NCBI RefSeq assembly: GCF_018977255.1
Contig: NW_024704743.1
Location: 88,290,001-88,354,000, forward strand
Reading direction: 5' to 3'
Length of the DNA stretch: 64,000 nucleotides
DNA from: Callorhinchus milii
Taxonomy: Eukaryota
Position 1 is the stretch's first letter. Every line of letters begins with the position of its first letter. A program made the position numbers and the translations under genes. The notes beneath the pieces were generated by a model. The model ran no database searches. It saw nothing but the letters and a program-made list of their open reading frames with translations, and had not been told where the DNA came from. Positions 33,620 through 45,369 of this stretch are shown piece by piece.

Positions 33620-34258
33620 CCTCAGGCTGCTGAAACACTTATACACGCATTTATCACCTCAAGACTTCACTACCAAAACTCCCTTCTTGTCAGCCTCCCC
33701 AACTCTTCCCTCCAGAGGCTGCAGATCATCCAGAACTCTGCAGCTCATGTCCTCTTCCACACCAGACTCCGTGAGCCCATCACCCCCACACTTGCCCGGC
33801 TCCACTGGCTCCCCATCTCTCAGAGGATAGAATTCAAATTCCTCCTCCTTACTTTCAAGGCCCTCCACGGCCTTGTCCCCTCCTACATCTCTGACCTGCT
33901 GACCCCCTATCAACCTGTCTGCTCCTTCCGATCAACAGGCTGTGGCCTGCTCCAGGTCCCCCGCCCGACCCACCCTACCATCGGTGGCCGGGCTTTCAGC
34001 ATCTCTGCCCCCACTCTTTGGAACTGCATCCCAGGATCACTTCACCTTGCTCCCTCTCTTGCCTCCTTCAAGGTCGACTCAAGACCCTCCTTTTTGACTG
34101 TACCTTCATCCTCCCTTCTACCCTTCTGCCCTCCCTCATACCAACACTGCCCCCCCCCCATGCTCGGGTCTTGATCCCTGACTGTTCAGCGCCTTGGGAC
34201 ATTCTCCCGATGTGAAAGGTGCTTTACAGATATAATTTTGTTGTTGTTGTTGTTGTCG
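33620..34258 (+). mobile_element. L2 3' portion with (TTG)n tail
   Basis: QAAETLIHAFITSRL and ARLHWLP; type A tail. Confidence 0.9.
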
Positions 34259-34304
34259 TTATATGTTATACATAAAATATATTTATAAAAATATAATATA
34301 TTTG

Positions 34305-34458
34305 GTAATTAAATGATCAACAGTGAGTGACCATGGCTTGTGGGACATTGCCACACACAAATTAGCTGTTGTGTTCATCCACAAAATACAATCACTGCAC
34401 TTTACAGTATATTCTGACATGAAAGACACTGTGTCAAATGCAAGGAATATTATTATTG
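34305..34458 (+). mobile_element. SINE 3' part
   Basis: TGTGGGACATTGC...CACTTTACAGTATATTCTG...TCAAATGCAAGG. Confidence 0.7.
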
Positions 34459-34745
34459 TATCACTTGACCACAAACTGCTATTCATCTTGTAGCAATTCA
34501 AATCACTTTGTGATTTTTCTTATCAGTGTTAGTATTATTGGCTCCAGTTCTCAGATGCTGTCAAATCCTAAAGGTTCTTGGCTAAACTTTCCCCCTTATC
34601 CCTTGAGCTTCCCCTTTTATCACCATGTACCAACATACTGTATATGTTACAAATGTTTTTTGGTGTTATACAAATGTGTTTTATTATTTACCTCAGTTAC
34701 ATGAAAGCCTAAAGTTATACTATTCCAGTAACCAATTATATTCAG

Positions 34746-35011
34746 GTGTCAGCCTGGCTTATTTGGCAGCACTCTTTCCTCTGAGTCAGACAGTTGGGGA
34801 TTCAAGCCTCATGTTGTTACTTTGAACTCATAGTCTAGACTAGACTGACACCCCAGTGAAGTGCTGGTGGTATGCTGCATTATTGGAAGTTCCATCCTTT
34901 CGATGAAACATTAAACCAAGATGCCGTCTTCCTGCTAAGGTGGATGTTAAAAATCCGATGCCACCATTTGAAAAGTGAAGGGAGTTTCTCCCGGTGTCCT
35001 GGCCAACATTC
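34746..35011 (+). mobile_element. DeuSINE 5' half (tRNA head plus Deu domain)
   Basis: GTCAGCCTGGCT...CTCTGAGTCAGA; TCCTTTCGATGAAACATTAAACCAAG...GGAGTTTCTCCCGGTGTCCTGGCCAACATTCC. Confidence 0.82.
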
Positions 35012-35164
35012 CGGTAAATTATCTAAGCTGCCACATTTAAATAAAAATATTCAAGAAGGACAAGGAGATAGGAAGTGCAATAGGTTACAACACATCTGTA
35101 GAAAGCACCAACTCATGACTATGTTCCTTGATGAGAGGTAACCAAGGTCTCTGTAGAGTCGAGC

Positions 35165-35535
35165 TAGACAGTGCTCTGTCAGGCTGCACCTGGAGTACTG
35201 CATACAATTCTGGCCACTGTGACATCAAGGATTTCTTAAGCCCTAGAGCAATGCGAAGAAGAGCACTGAAGAGCAAAGGAGAACACCCTAGTATTAGAGG
35301 AATGAACTGTGAGCAACAAATAGACACAATATGGCTCTTCAGTCTCAAAAATCAACATCTCAGAGTGAACCTAACGGAGGTGTATACCATTTTAAATACG
35401 GTTAAGAGTAAACTTGGAACAACACTTTCAGATATCACAAAGCAGCAGAAAACGAGAGCGCAGATTTAGGATTGTAAAGGGCAATTGCAGGACAAACATT
35501 AGAAAGTATTTCTTTGCACAGGTTCATTAATTGTG
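35165..35535 (+). mobile_element. CR1 RT C-terminal relic
   Basis: VRLHLEYCIQFW, RRRA, LFSL..HLRVNLTEVY and RKYFF motifs. Confidence 0.75.
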
Positions 35536-37020
35536 TTCCCCAACCAAGTGCCTTCACTTTTATAAGAAAAAAATCTTAAGAATGCACAAAGATGTTATTT
35601 CTTCATTTTTATTATATTCTCTAGAATATATTTCATGTAGAATTTCCTAAGCTCCTTTCACAGATCAGGATGGATCATTATTGTTCCCCAAAGGGTTGTT
35701 TGTTCCGAAATCACTCCTTTGTTCCCACTCTAATTTTCAGAAACGCTGAATGGAATCCAAACTCGTCTCTACAGAGAGGAAATGTTCCAAGTTATCTTGT
35801 ACAAGTTTTAGTTAGGAGATAGTTCAGATTAGTATTAATTAGATAATGCAGGGAGCCAGAGAGAAAGTCTTGAAACAAACCTATTTAAAAAGAAATCCTG
35901 ATTAATGGAAATGTTCAGTGGATCTGTAGCTCAATGGAGTGTTTGGCACCCATGTAAAACAAAAGCTATGCTATTGCTATCAGGGTTTAAAGGGATTAAA
36001 GGTTTAATAGTTTGAATTCCACTGCTGAAATGGTCAGAGAGTCACCTTCAATGTGCTATTTTTTTCTCAGTTGGAAACAAGGATACCTGCATGAGAATTC
36101 AGAAGATATCTAACGATATTCAAAAGAAAATATACAAATGGTAACTTTTGCAAATGGTTTGTGACAAAAAGATTTTTTTCAAAGCTGCAAGAGTAATTTA
36201 ATGCTCAAAGGGTTAATAAAGAAAAAGTGACTTCTGTTGAGGCTGACAGTAATAAAATAAAATGGATCCTCAAGGACACTCATGTTCCCCCTGGGCAAAT
36301 GAGTTAGCGCTGTTCCTTGAATTATAGAGTTCCTATTTCTTGTATGATACCATCGTGGTGCTGTCTGTTTACTGTGGGTGAAAAAGGTGATACATTCTGC
36401 CGGTTCTGTGAAAACATCAATAGACAATAGGCTCCAATGTGTGGCACGTAAGCACTGCACTAAAAAAAGAAAATTGCTCTTTGATGTCACTGATGTAAAT
36501 GTATTGCCTGCTGCCAGACAGTTAACAGGCAATAGTGAAAACTAATTAGTCGTGACTCTATCCCAACGGTGCACTAAAATATAGTTGAGCTTGACAAGGG
36601 ACTGAATTAAATATCACACCAGATGTGATAGCCAAGGCATGGCAGGGTGAAATATAGGGCTCGCTGTATAGCCCGCTTTATGACCGTTTGCCATGCAAAG
36701 TTAATGACATGGATTGAGGGTACGGATTTCTGAGATGCTGAATATGAGAAATGTGATATCCTTAACCTTAAAGGCACAGTCATAGCCAATGAGGATATGC
36801 CTTCAATGAAGACTTTTTGACATTTCCAAAGTAACTTAACAGTCCAATTTGCAATCTAAAAATGCCAAGGAAGCTAATTCAGCTGTGGTATGTAAAATCA
36901 AGAGCTGCAATAGGAGAACAGGAAAATGGATTTGCAGATTGAGCTCATTTTTTAAATAGGAGCTTTCAATTTTCTAACAATTGTCATCTCATTCAATACT
37001 AGAGAAGCAGCATAAGTGTA

Positions 37021-37778
37021 ATAAATGATAATATTTTTTGCATTTGGTATAGTGCCTATAATGTCAAACCATCTCAATGTGCTTCACAGAATTTTTCATC
37101 AAGTGCAGTGATTCTATTTGTAGGTGAATGTGGCAGCTAATTTGTATACAACAATAAATAGCCACAAAATAATTTTTGTATGGATTGTTGGCCAAGACAA
37201 CAGGAGAAACTCCCTGCTTTTCTTTTCAAATAGCTTTTTAACATCCGTCTGAACAGGCAGTCAGGATTTAGCATTTCACCCGAAAACAACACCCCCAACA
37301 ATGCAGGGTTCCCCCAGGACTGCATTGAAGTGTCATGAAGTGGTGTAGCTCAGTGGTTAGAGCACTCGCCTCGCAAGCAAGAGGACCTGGGTTTGATTCC
37401 CAGCAGGGCAAAATGTTGGACAAGTTTCCTTACTCCATACCCTTCTGTTTACCAAGCAGTAAGTAAGAACCCGGTTGTTAGTCGATTGCCGGATCACTTT
37501 TCCGGGATAATAATTCTTAAAAAAATTGGTCGCTTCAATCCACAAATGTTTGTGGGACACTGCTGGGTGCAATTGGCTGCCACGCTTCACCCACAAAATA
37601 TACAGTCAATTCACTTTACAGTATGTTCTGTGAAGCACTTTGAAACATCTCATAGATGTGATAAGGCGCTACATCAAATGCAAGGATTATTATATTATTA
37701 TTATTATCTTAACCAATGAGCTCAAAGTACAGACATGGGGCTTGAACGCGTGCTAACCAACTGAGCCAGGCTGACACC
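37021..37778 (-). mobile_element. DeuSINE split by a younger SINE
   Basis: Tail and Deu domain at 37021-37335; head CTTGAAC...CTGAGCCAGGCTGACAC at 37716-37778. Confidence 0.75.
37341..37707 (+). mobile_element. tRNA-derived SINE, long variant, full length
   Basis: TGTAGCTCAGTGGTTAGAGCACTCGCCTCGCAAG head; (ATT)n tail. Confidence 0.92.
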
Positions 37779-38699
37779 TTGCTGCATAGTATACATTCAA
37801 AGACAAAATGAATGCTTACTTTTCACTGCTTCTAACCTATTCCTTTTGCTGTTGCTTACTGACGTTCTTTTCCACTGACTCTCACTTCCCTATTATTTCA
37901 AATGGCTCTGAGGTAACCAGCGCCTGGAAGGGTCATAGCAAAAGGATCAGTAGGTGGTGTTGGGACTTTTATGGGAATGTACACACAGGCTCATTAACCC
38001 ACTGAGCCAAATTGCAGCGGAAATTCGCGCCTTTAATTTACCCAAAATATAATTGTAACAATCCGTTTCCTGTTATTACATTAACAAGAAGGAGGTCTAC
38101 TCCCACACACAGACCCAGTGGGAATGATTAATGACCCTCAGTGAGAGTACATTGTTGGTGAGTGTTTGGAAGGGGGACATGGGAAGGAATGATCTAAACA
38201 AATCAAAAGCTAATTTTAGATAATGCAACATACTACTGTTCATTGAAACAAGGCTGCTTAAGGGGCACATTTGCTACTAGACCATGAAAAGTTCACAAAT
38301 AATCTCCATAATGCACTGATATACTCGCCATGGGTAGTTTTTATACCAACTTCGGGCTCCACTTCCTGAAAAGCGAATCATCTGTGACAGGGCCCAGTTA
38401 CATTGGCTGTTTGATCTAGTTTAGAGGGTGCAGATTGAAATTTGTATGAGCTCATTTATTAACTTTTAGGTATATTTCAAACTAACAAAGAAAGATATAA
38501 CGAAGCAAAGTGTTTAGGTGCATTAATGTCTAGAGGTGTTCTGTCCACTATTCATTTTTTTACAAAAGTGCTATAGAGAAAGAATAGCGCTTCAGAGAAA
38601 TTGTATACACTGTAATGTCTGAATGGTCCTTTGTACAAGTCAACTGTGCAACAATCTTGTAAGAATTTGGTCTGACATTCCTGTGCAGGACTGGACATG

Positions 38700-38900
38700 A
38701 TGCCAATCGTGACAGGTGACTGTGCCAAGACAGAAGGAGAAGCCATTGGAGATGATAAAGTGGAGTGAGTAGGTCAAGTAGGACGCGAACCAAGAGAATG
38801 CAGTTCCATACCGAGAGATGAGACGTCAAGAAGTGGTCAACAGTGGAAAAAGTAGCAGAGTGGTTGAGGAGGACCAGAGACACAGACAGAGAAAGTGCCC
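38700..38900 (-). mobile_element. L2 RT fragment, old
   Basis: SLVLLNHSATFSTVDH and NGFSFC-like segments. Confidence 0.6.
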
Positions 38901-40334
38901 CCCCACCCCCTCCTCATCTATTAAAGGCCTTCCAAGAAGCAAGCAGGCATCACGATAACTCCTGAAGAATTTCCATTGATTAATATTCTGACTTGGTTTA
39001 CTATCATCTCTGTTTCCACCAGCTCTTTCACAGCCTTACAGATATTCCCTGGGTAGAGACTTTGAATAAACCATCTCAGAGGAGAAATTCCACCTGGGAC
39101 TACATGTAAGAGAATAATAGTATGTACGCTATTTATGCAGAATTTCAGGAAATCCAGAGTTTGACAAATAGTTGAATTCTGACTTAACTTCGAATTTGGT
39201 TTTCTGTAGGTTTTAAAGGAAACTTATAGAAAACTGGCTTGAAATGAAAGTAACATTTGAGAATTAGACCCAGGTGGCTTTTCTCCCCACTCATTTGTTA
39301 GTGATACAATCACATCAAAAGTATTTCTGAAGTTATTCACAAGCTATGGTACTTCAGTGGCACAACAAAGGCTTAGAAATGATGAGCAAAAGTCATGAGC
39401 AATGGACCAGATTCCAGATAATTCAGCAAATAACTAGATTTATGTAGCTCAGGCAACCAGAGTTTTGGATATTGAAAACCAATGGGATGCTCAGATTCGT
39501 ACGTGTTTTTTTACTCGCCATTGACTTTCCTTTCATATGTCAGAAAAAGTTATTTTTAATTAAAATCTTCTGCATTGTTGCAAAGAGCGCCAGGCTGTCA
39601 GCTACTCTGCGGTGCACAATGCTTTCACAGCACAGCTTAACGCTTCAGCACATGTGGTGCACCTTCTTGTTAAAGATTCTCATCTGGTTTCCTTGCTGTG
39701 TGGATGTAACCATGTTGAACTGATTGATGTTGCTTTAATCATTGGAATGTGTCTGGAAAGAGCCAGCAGCATAAAAGTTATTGGGTGCTACTTTAAGGGT
39801 AACTGGCAACCCAGTATAAATGACAGTGATATTTTTATTCACTTTGAAATTCGTAACATATTTCATTCAGGAATTCTCTGCTGAGCTGAAAGAGCCTTAG
39901 GCGTTGTCTTTCAGTTCAAACCAACTAATTCATGGGGGGCCGAGTAAGTTGTTACTTCTCCCTCTAAGTTTCATCAGTATCTTCGTACTTCCCAAATCCT
40001 GGTGTATAAACTGCATGAGTGGGATGTTTTTGCTGTCAGCATTTTTACAGCCTTGTATTAAGTTTTAATAGCTTTGCCCTGGACTGAATTATTATCGCAA
40101 ACTAGCAGTCAAATATAACCATTTCAAGAATAAAATGTGGCCATTGTCTTCACCTGTATAACTCCCCACCCCACCTCCACATAACAGCTCTGTTTTTCCG
40201 GGACATCGATCCTGAAGAAATTATTGAGGCAGGGTAACATGCCGATGTTCATGATGAGCAGCTGGAGACTTGATTCCACAACTCATAATCTATGAGTTTA
40301 CGTCTAAGCTCAGGAATTTAGCATTCCAAGCTAA

Positions 40335-40677
40335 GCTGTGCAATACTGAGATGCACTGTATTGTCATCCTTCAGATGAGATGTTATCCACCTGCCTGATC
40401 AGGTGGATGTAAAAAAAAAAGGTGGATGTAAAAAAAAACCCTATGGGACAATTTGAAAAGAGAAGAGAGTTTGGCCTGGTGTCCTGGCCAACAATCGCCC
40501 AGATAATATTGGTCATTTACTTCATGGCTGTTCGTAGGACATTTTTGTGAACAAATCGACTGCCATATTCAATTACAATGCACAGTCGTTACACTTTACA
40601 GTATATCCTATCAAGTGGTTTGTGATGTTGAATGAAGTGAAAAAGTGTATATCAAATGCGAGAATTTTATATTATTA
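40335..40677 (+). mobile_element. DeuSINE (head missing) with internal tandem duplication
   Basis: TCCTTCAGATGAGATGTTA...GGTGTCCTGGCCAAC; AGGTGGATGTA(n) occurs twice at 40401-40438. Confidence 0.78.
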
Positions 40678-41091
40678 AATCTGCTTAGTTATTCGTCTCA
40701 AGTCATGCAGTTCCTGATTATCTTCACAGAAGATTAATACTGAGACTGGAAGTCTTCACCGATCTCCACGCAAGCCCTCTGAGAAGCTAGCCAAGAGGCA
40801 CCTGGTCCACTTTTTGTTTACAGTAGGGCAGTGAGACTAGGAAGGGGATAGAACTGGTGAGGAGACCAGGTGCAGAATGGAGTAAAACAATTTTTAAAAG
40901 TAAAATTAGCTGAGCACTGAATAAGACGGATCCCTACTGCACGAAAGAAATGCATCACTTAAATATTCTCGATATTTCTAATGAGATGAAAGATCATAAA
41001 TTTGAACATTTTAACATATCTACCTAATAGATGGGATTTGAAATGGGAGGAAATTGAATCGCACTCAGAAATTCTATTCTATCTTCATATT

Positions 41092-41345
41092 AAAAAATAA
41101 TCCTAGCATTTGACATAGGATCTTTCAAGCTGAGAGAACATCTCAAAGTGTAGGATATACGGCAAAGTGCAGTGACTCTGTATTTTCTAGGTTAATGTGG
41201 CAGCCAATTTATGCACAGCAATGAAGCAAACAAACAACCATGAAGTGAATGACCAATTTTATTTGAGGGATTGTTGACCAGGACACCAGAAGAAACTCCC
41301 TTCTTTTTTTGAATAGATTGCCATGGGATCTTTAATGTGCGCCTA
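41092..41345 (-). mobile_element. DeuSINE 3' two-thirds
   Basis: CCAGGACACCAGAAGAAACTCCC...GCCATGGGATCTTTAA. Confidence 0.78.
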
Positions 41346-41429
41346 TCCACCTAACCCTAATGCCCAGATGTAGTGGGCTTCCCATAGATTGAAGTGATAT
41401 ACAGGTACTTCTGGTTTCATTCTTAAATA

Positions 41430-41617
41430 AATTTGGTCACTCATTCCATGGCTTTTTTGTGGTACATTGCTATGCACAAATTATCTGCTGCAGTCTCCAC
41501 TAAAGGGCACAAATTCAATAACAATAATAATCCTTACATTTGCGATTTTCCATGAAATGCTGTGAGATGTCCCGAATAACATTATAAGGCACTATATCAA
41601 ATGTAAGAATTATTATT
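41430..41617 (+). mobile_element. SINE 3' part with inverted tail piece
   Basis: TTGGTCACTCATTCCATGGC...TATCAAATGTAAG(ATT)n. Confidence 0.6.
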
Positions 41618-42612
41618 AAGCAATCCCATAAGATATTATGCATATTAGACACAAGTGAAAGGTGAGCATAATGAGACATTTATTAATTCACATAATTTTG
41701 TCTTCAGAGTAATTTTAATTTCTTCCTAGTCATATGTTATCTCTCCTGGGCCTGGCTAGAATAAATGAATAAGAATAAATGAATGGCTTTATTATTTTTC
41801 GATGCCAATACTCAAGGATATTGTGTGTAAAATGCATCTATGCTTCCAATGAACAGATGCAAGAGCAGCAGCAAAGGCTGAGTTTACTTTAGGGCCAATC
41901 AACGTAGCGGATGACAACAATATGTGTTTGTGACCTGCTGGAAGCTCAGTGTGTTCCACAAGTACAGGCGCCTGACAGATCATCTGGATGGTTAACAGCA
42001 CTTCTATTCAGCAGAGAAATGCAAATGGTGATAAGTTTGCGAGTCTTGCGGAGGCAATATATTCCGCGTATAGCAGAAACGTGGAGGAGATTAAATAAGG
42101 GAGAGAAAAATCTGCAGTGGATGATGAAAATTTGGAGACATTTCATATGTATCAAGTGAATGTACCATTGTGATGCATGTAGCAATGTTACAATCTCTGC
42201 CTCTAATGCAGTTTGATCTTACATTATGAATTCAGCAGTGACAACATTTTACATGTCCCCAGTAATATTATATATCCAAGAATAGATGAGGCACTATAGC
42301 AAAAGTGGCAGCAATACTTTTCTTCTTGTAAAATATCCCCCTCCGCAGACAGAGGGATTTTTAACATGATAGAGACAGATCGAAAACATTTTATTTCATT
42401 CACACTTTAAGTGCTTCTGCTTTGTAATGTGGATGGTGTGAACAGGATGTTACAAATTGCTGTTGTGATGTTGCTTGGTAGAGGCAATTGCTCAATAGCT
42501 GCTGAATGCCATGGAATAAACCTCATTGCACATTCTGAGGTTCAGTCCAGGATAACACAAAAGCAGCCAAGAGAGAAGATTGAATTTACTAGGCTGAAAA
42601 ATACCATATGTG

Positions 42613-43140
42613 ATAGTAATAATCCTTGCATTTGATATAGCTCCTTATCACATTTTTGAAACATCTCAAAGTGCTTCACAGTATTTGCTGTAAAGCGTAA
42701 TGACTATATATTTGTAGGCAGATGTGGTAGTGCAGAGTGTGCACAGCAATATCCAATGGTCAGCCATAATAATAATACTGCATTTGACATAGTGCTTTTC
42801 ACGTCTTCTAGACATCTCAAAGAGCTTCACAGAATATACTGTAAAGTGAATTGTCTGTATATTTGTGGATGAAAGGCGGCAGCCAATTGTGCACAATTCT
42901 CCCACAAACAGTCGTGGATTGAAGTGACCAATTTTATTATTGGTTTTTTTGAGGGATTATTATCAAGCATGTGGAGTAAGGAAACTTGCCCAAGGTTTCG
43001 CCCTTCAGCCATGAAGTGAATGATCAATTTTATTTGAAGGATTGTTGGCCAAGATACCAGAAGAAACTCCCTTCTCTTTTAATATGGTGTCGGGATCTTG
43101 AAAGTCCACCTGGACAGGCAGATGGAACCTTGGTTTAACG
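42613..43140 (-). mobile_element. DeuSINE interrupted by a SINE
   Basis: Consensus resumes at CAGCCATGAAGTGAATGA after 43005. Confidence 0.78.
42766..43004 (-). mobile_element. tRNA-derived SINE (tRNA head truncated) with 8-bp TSD
   Basis: TCAGCCAT at 42760-42767 and 43005-43012. Confidence 0.88.
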
Positions 43141-43200
43141 TAATTAACATGGAATGAATTTGTAATGTTTCATGATGTGTTCCTTGTGATCAGGTTATGA

Positions 43201-43403
43201 AATAATAATAATAATAATAATCCTTGCATTTCATATAGCGCTTTTCACGTCGGGAGGACGTCCCAAAGCGCTTCACAGAACACACTGTAAAGTGAATTGA
43301 CTGTATATTTGTGGGCGAACGCGGCAGCCAATTGCGCACAGCAATGTCCCACAAACAGTCGTAGATTGAAAATGACCAATTTGTTATTGTTTTTGGTTTT
43401 GGA
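43201..43403 (-). mobile_element. Young SINE, 5' truncated
   Basis: Nearly identical to 5522-5724. Confidence 0.92.
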
Positions 43404-43659
43404 GATGTTTCAAACTTCACCCCATTGATTCTAATCCCAGGGAGATGTTGGATGGTATCATTATTCATAAGCACGTTTCACAATATAACAGTAAACTTTC
43501 ACAATTTCTGAAACAATTGACTAAAAATGATGACTTTGGTGTAACTTTCTAGCAGTGTTTTTCAGCCTTTAGAGGAAATTCTCCTCCCTGGGGAAGAGAA
43601 AGTCTTTAGGCTACTGTTCCTTTGGCAATACTGTAGAGTATCAGCATTGATACTCAGTC

Positions 43660-44911
43660 TCTTTGTCCTCCTTGTCCTCTCTGCAGCATTTGATATCTAT
43701 CCTCCTCCACCGCCTCTCCTCTCACTTCAACCGTCATGATCCTGTCCTTGACTGGTACAGATCCTACCTTTCACACCGTCTCCACTTTGTCTCCACAAAC
43801 GGCTTCTCATCCAGTTCCCGCACTGTCTCGTGCGGCGTTCCTCAGGGCTCTGTCCTCGGTCCTCTCCTCTTCAACATGAACATGCTCCCTCTTGGTGACA
43901 TAATCCGCAGACATGGAGTCAGCTTCCACATGTATGTGGATGACAACCAACTCTATCTCTCTGCCTCCACTTTTGACTCCAGGATCACTGCTGTCCTGAC
44001 AGAGTATCTGTCAGACATCAAATCTTGGATGAGAACTAACTTTCTACAGTTGAAAGTCATGAAGACCGAGGCTCTCCTGATTGGCTCCTGTTAGCGGCTC
44101 CACAGCAGCTCCACCTCAGGCTCTGACAGAATCATCATCCATGGATGCACGTTCCACCTTACTAAGCCAGTCCCAAACCTTGGTGGCTTGTTTAAACCTC
44201 AACTGTCCCTTCTACCCCACATCCATGCCATGACCCGTTCTAGTATCCTCCACCCCCGCAACATTGCCCAGCTCTGCCATTGCCTCTCTCCAGCGTGCCA
44301 AAACCCTCATCCATGTATTGATTACATCTAGGCTCCACTACTCCAACTCCCTGCTTGTCAGTCTTCCCAATTCTTCCCTCCACAAGTTGCAGATCATCCA
44401 GAACTTTGCAGCTCGTGTCCACTCCCGCACCAGGTGCCATGACCCTATCACCCCACCCTTGCCCTGCACCACCGGCTCTCCATCCCCCAGAGGATAGAGT
44501 TCAAAATCCTCGTCCTCATCTTCAAAGTCCACCACGGAACGTGCTCCTTCCTACCTCTATGACCTGCTGACCCCATATCAACCTGTGCACTCCCTCACTC
44601 AGCAGGCTCCAAGTCCCACACCTGGCCCACCTCACCGTCAGTAGTCAGGCCTTCAGCCTCTCCGTCCCCATTCTCGGAACTCCATCCTACATTCCCTTCA
44701 TCTTGCTCCTTGCCTCCTTCAAGGTGGGTCTCAAAACTTTCCTCTTCGATCGCACCTTTGGCCACCCTCCTACCCCTACCCTTCTTGCTCTACACCCCTC
44801 CTGCTCCTAATCTCCTGCTCAGGTCAAAATCCCTGACAGTCCAGCGCTCCAGAAGGCTACCCTGCATGAAGGGCGCTATATAAATGAAATTTTTTGTTGC
44901 TATTGTTATTG
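43660..44911 (+). mobile_element. L2 3' 1.25 kb (RT to tail), decayed
   Basis: [25 protein letters not shown]; degenerate (TTG)n tail. Confidence 0.9.
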
Positions 44912-44929
44912 TAAATGTAATTTGCTTGT

Positions 44930-45062
44930 TGCAGTTCTAAAGACTTATATAGTAGGGTATAAGCAGTGTAGCTGTATAGAGCAGCACAGTGAGGTATCAG
45001 TGATGTAGCTCTATAGACTTATACAGTGGGGTATCAGCAATGCAGTTCAATAGAGTTGTACA
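44930..45062. repeat. 37-bp minisatellite, about 3.6 copies
   Basis: Units start at 44930, 44967, 45004 and 45041. Confidence 0.85.
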
Positions 45063-45369
45063 ATCTGTTTATTGAGATCAAGTTCTCCAAAGGTCTTTGG
45101 AGTTTGATACCTATATCCTACATTGCCAACCAGCACTCTCAGTTACTCAAGGTTCATTTATCAATATCGCAGTCTTTCTATATAAATTCTAACTAAACGG
45201 TGTCAGCAGGAAATGTCACAATTGGTTTAAATAGCAAATGTTTAAAAATGTATTACTTTTAAGAATGTTCACCTTCTGTATGTCCCTTGATAGGAAAAAT
45301 CACCATACTGAATGATTAATTGCTTTCCTACCCTCCTTGCGGTGGTGGGGGGAGGGGAGGAGGGGAAGA

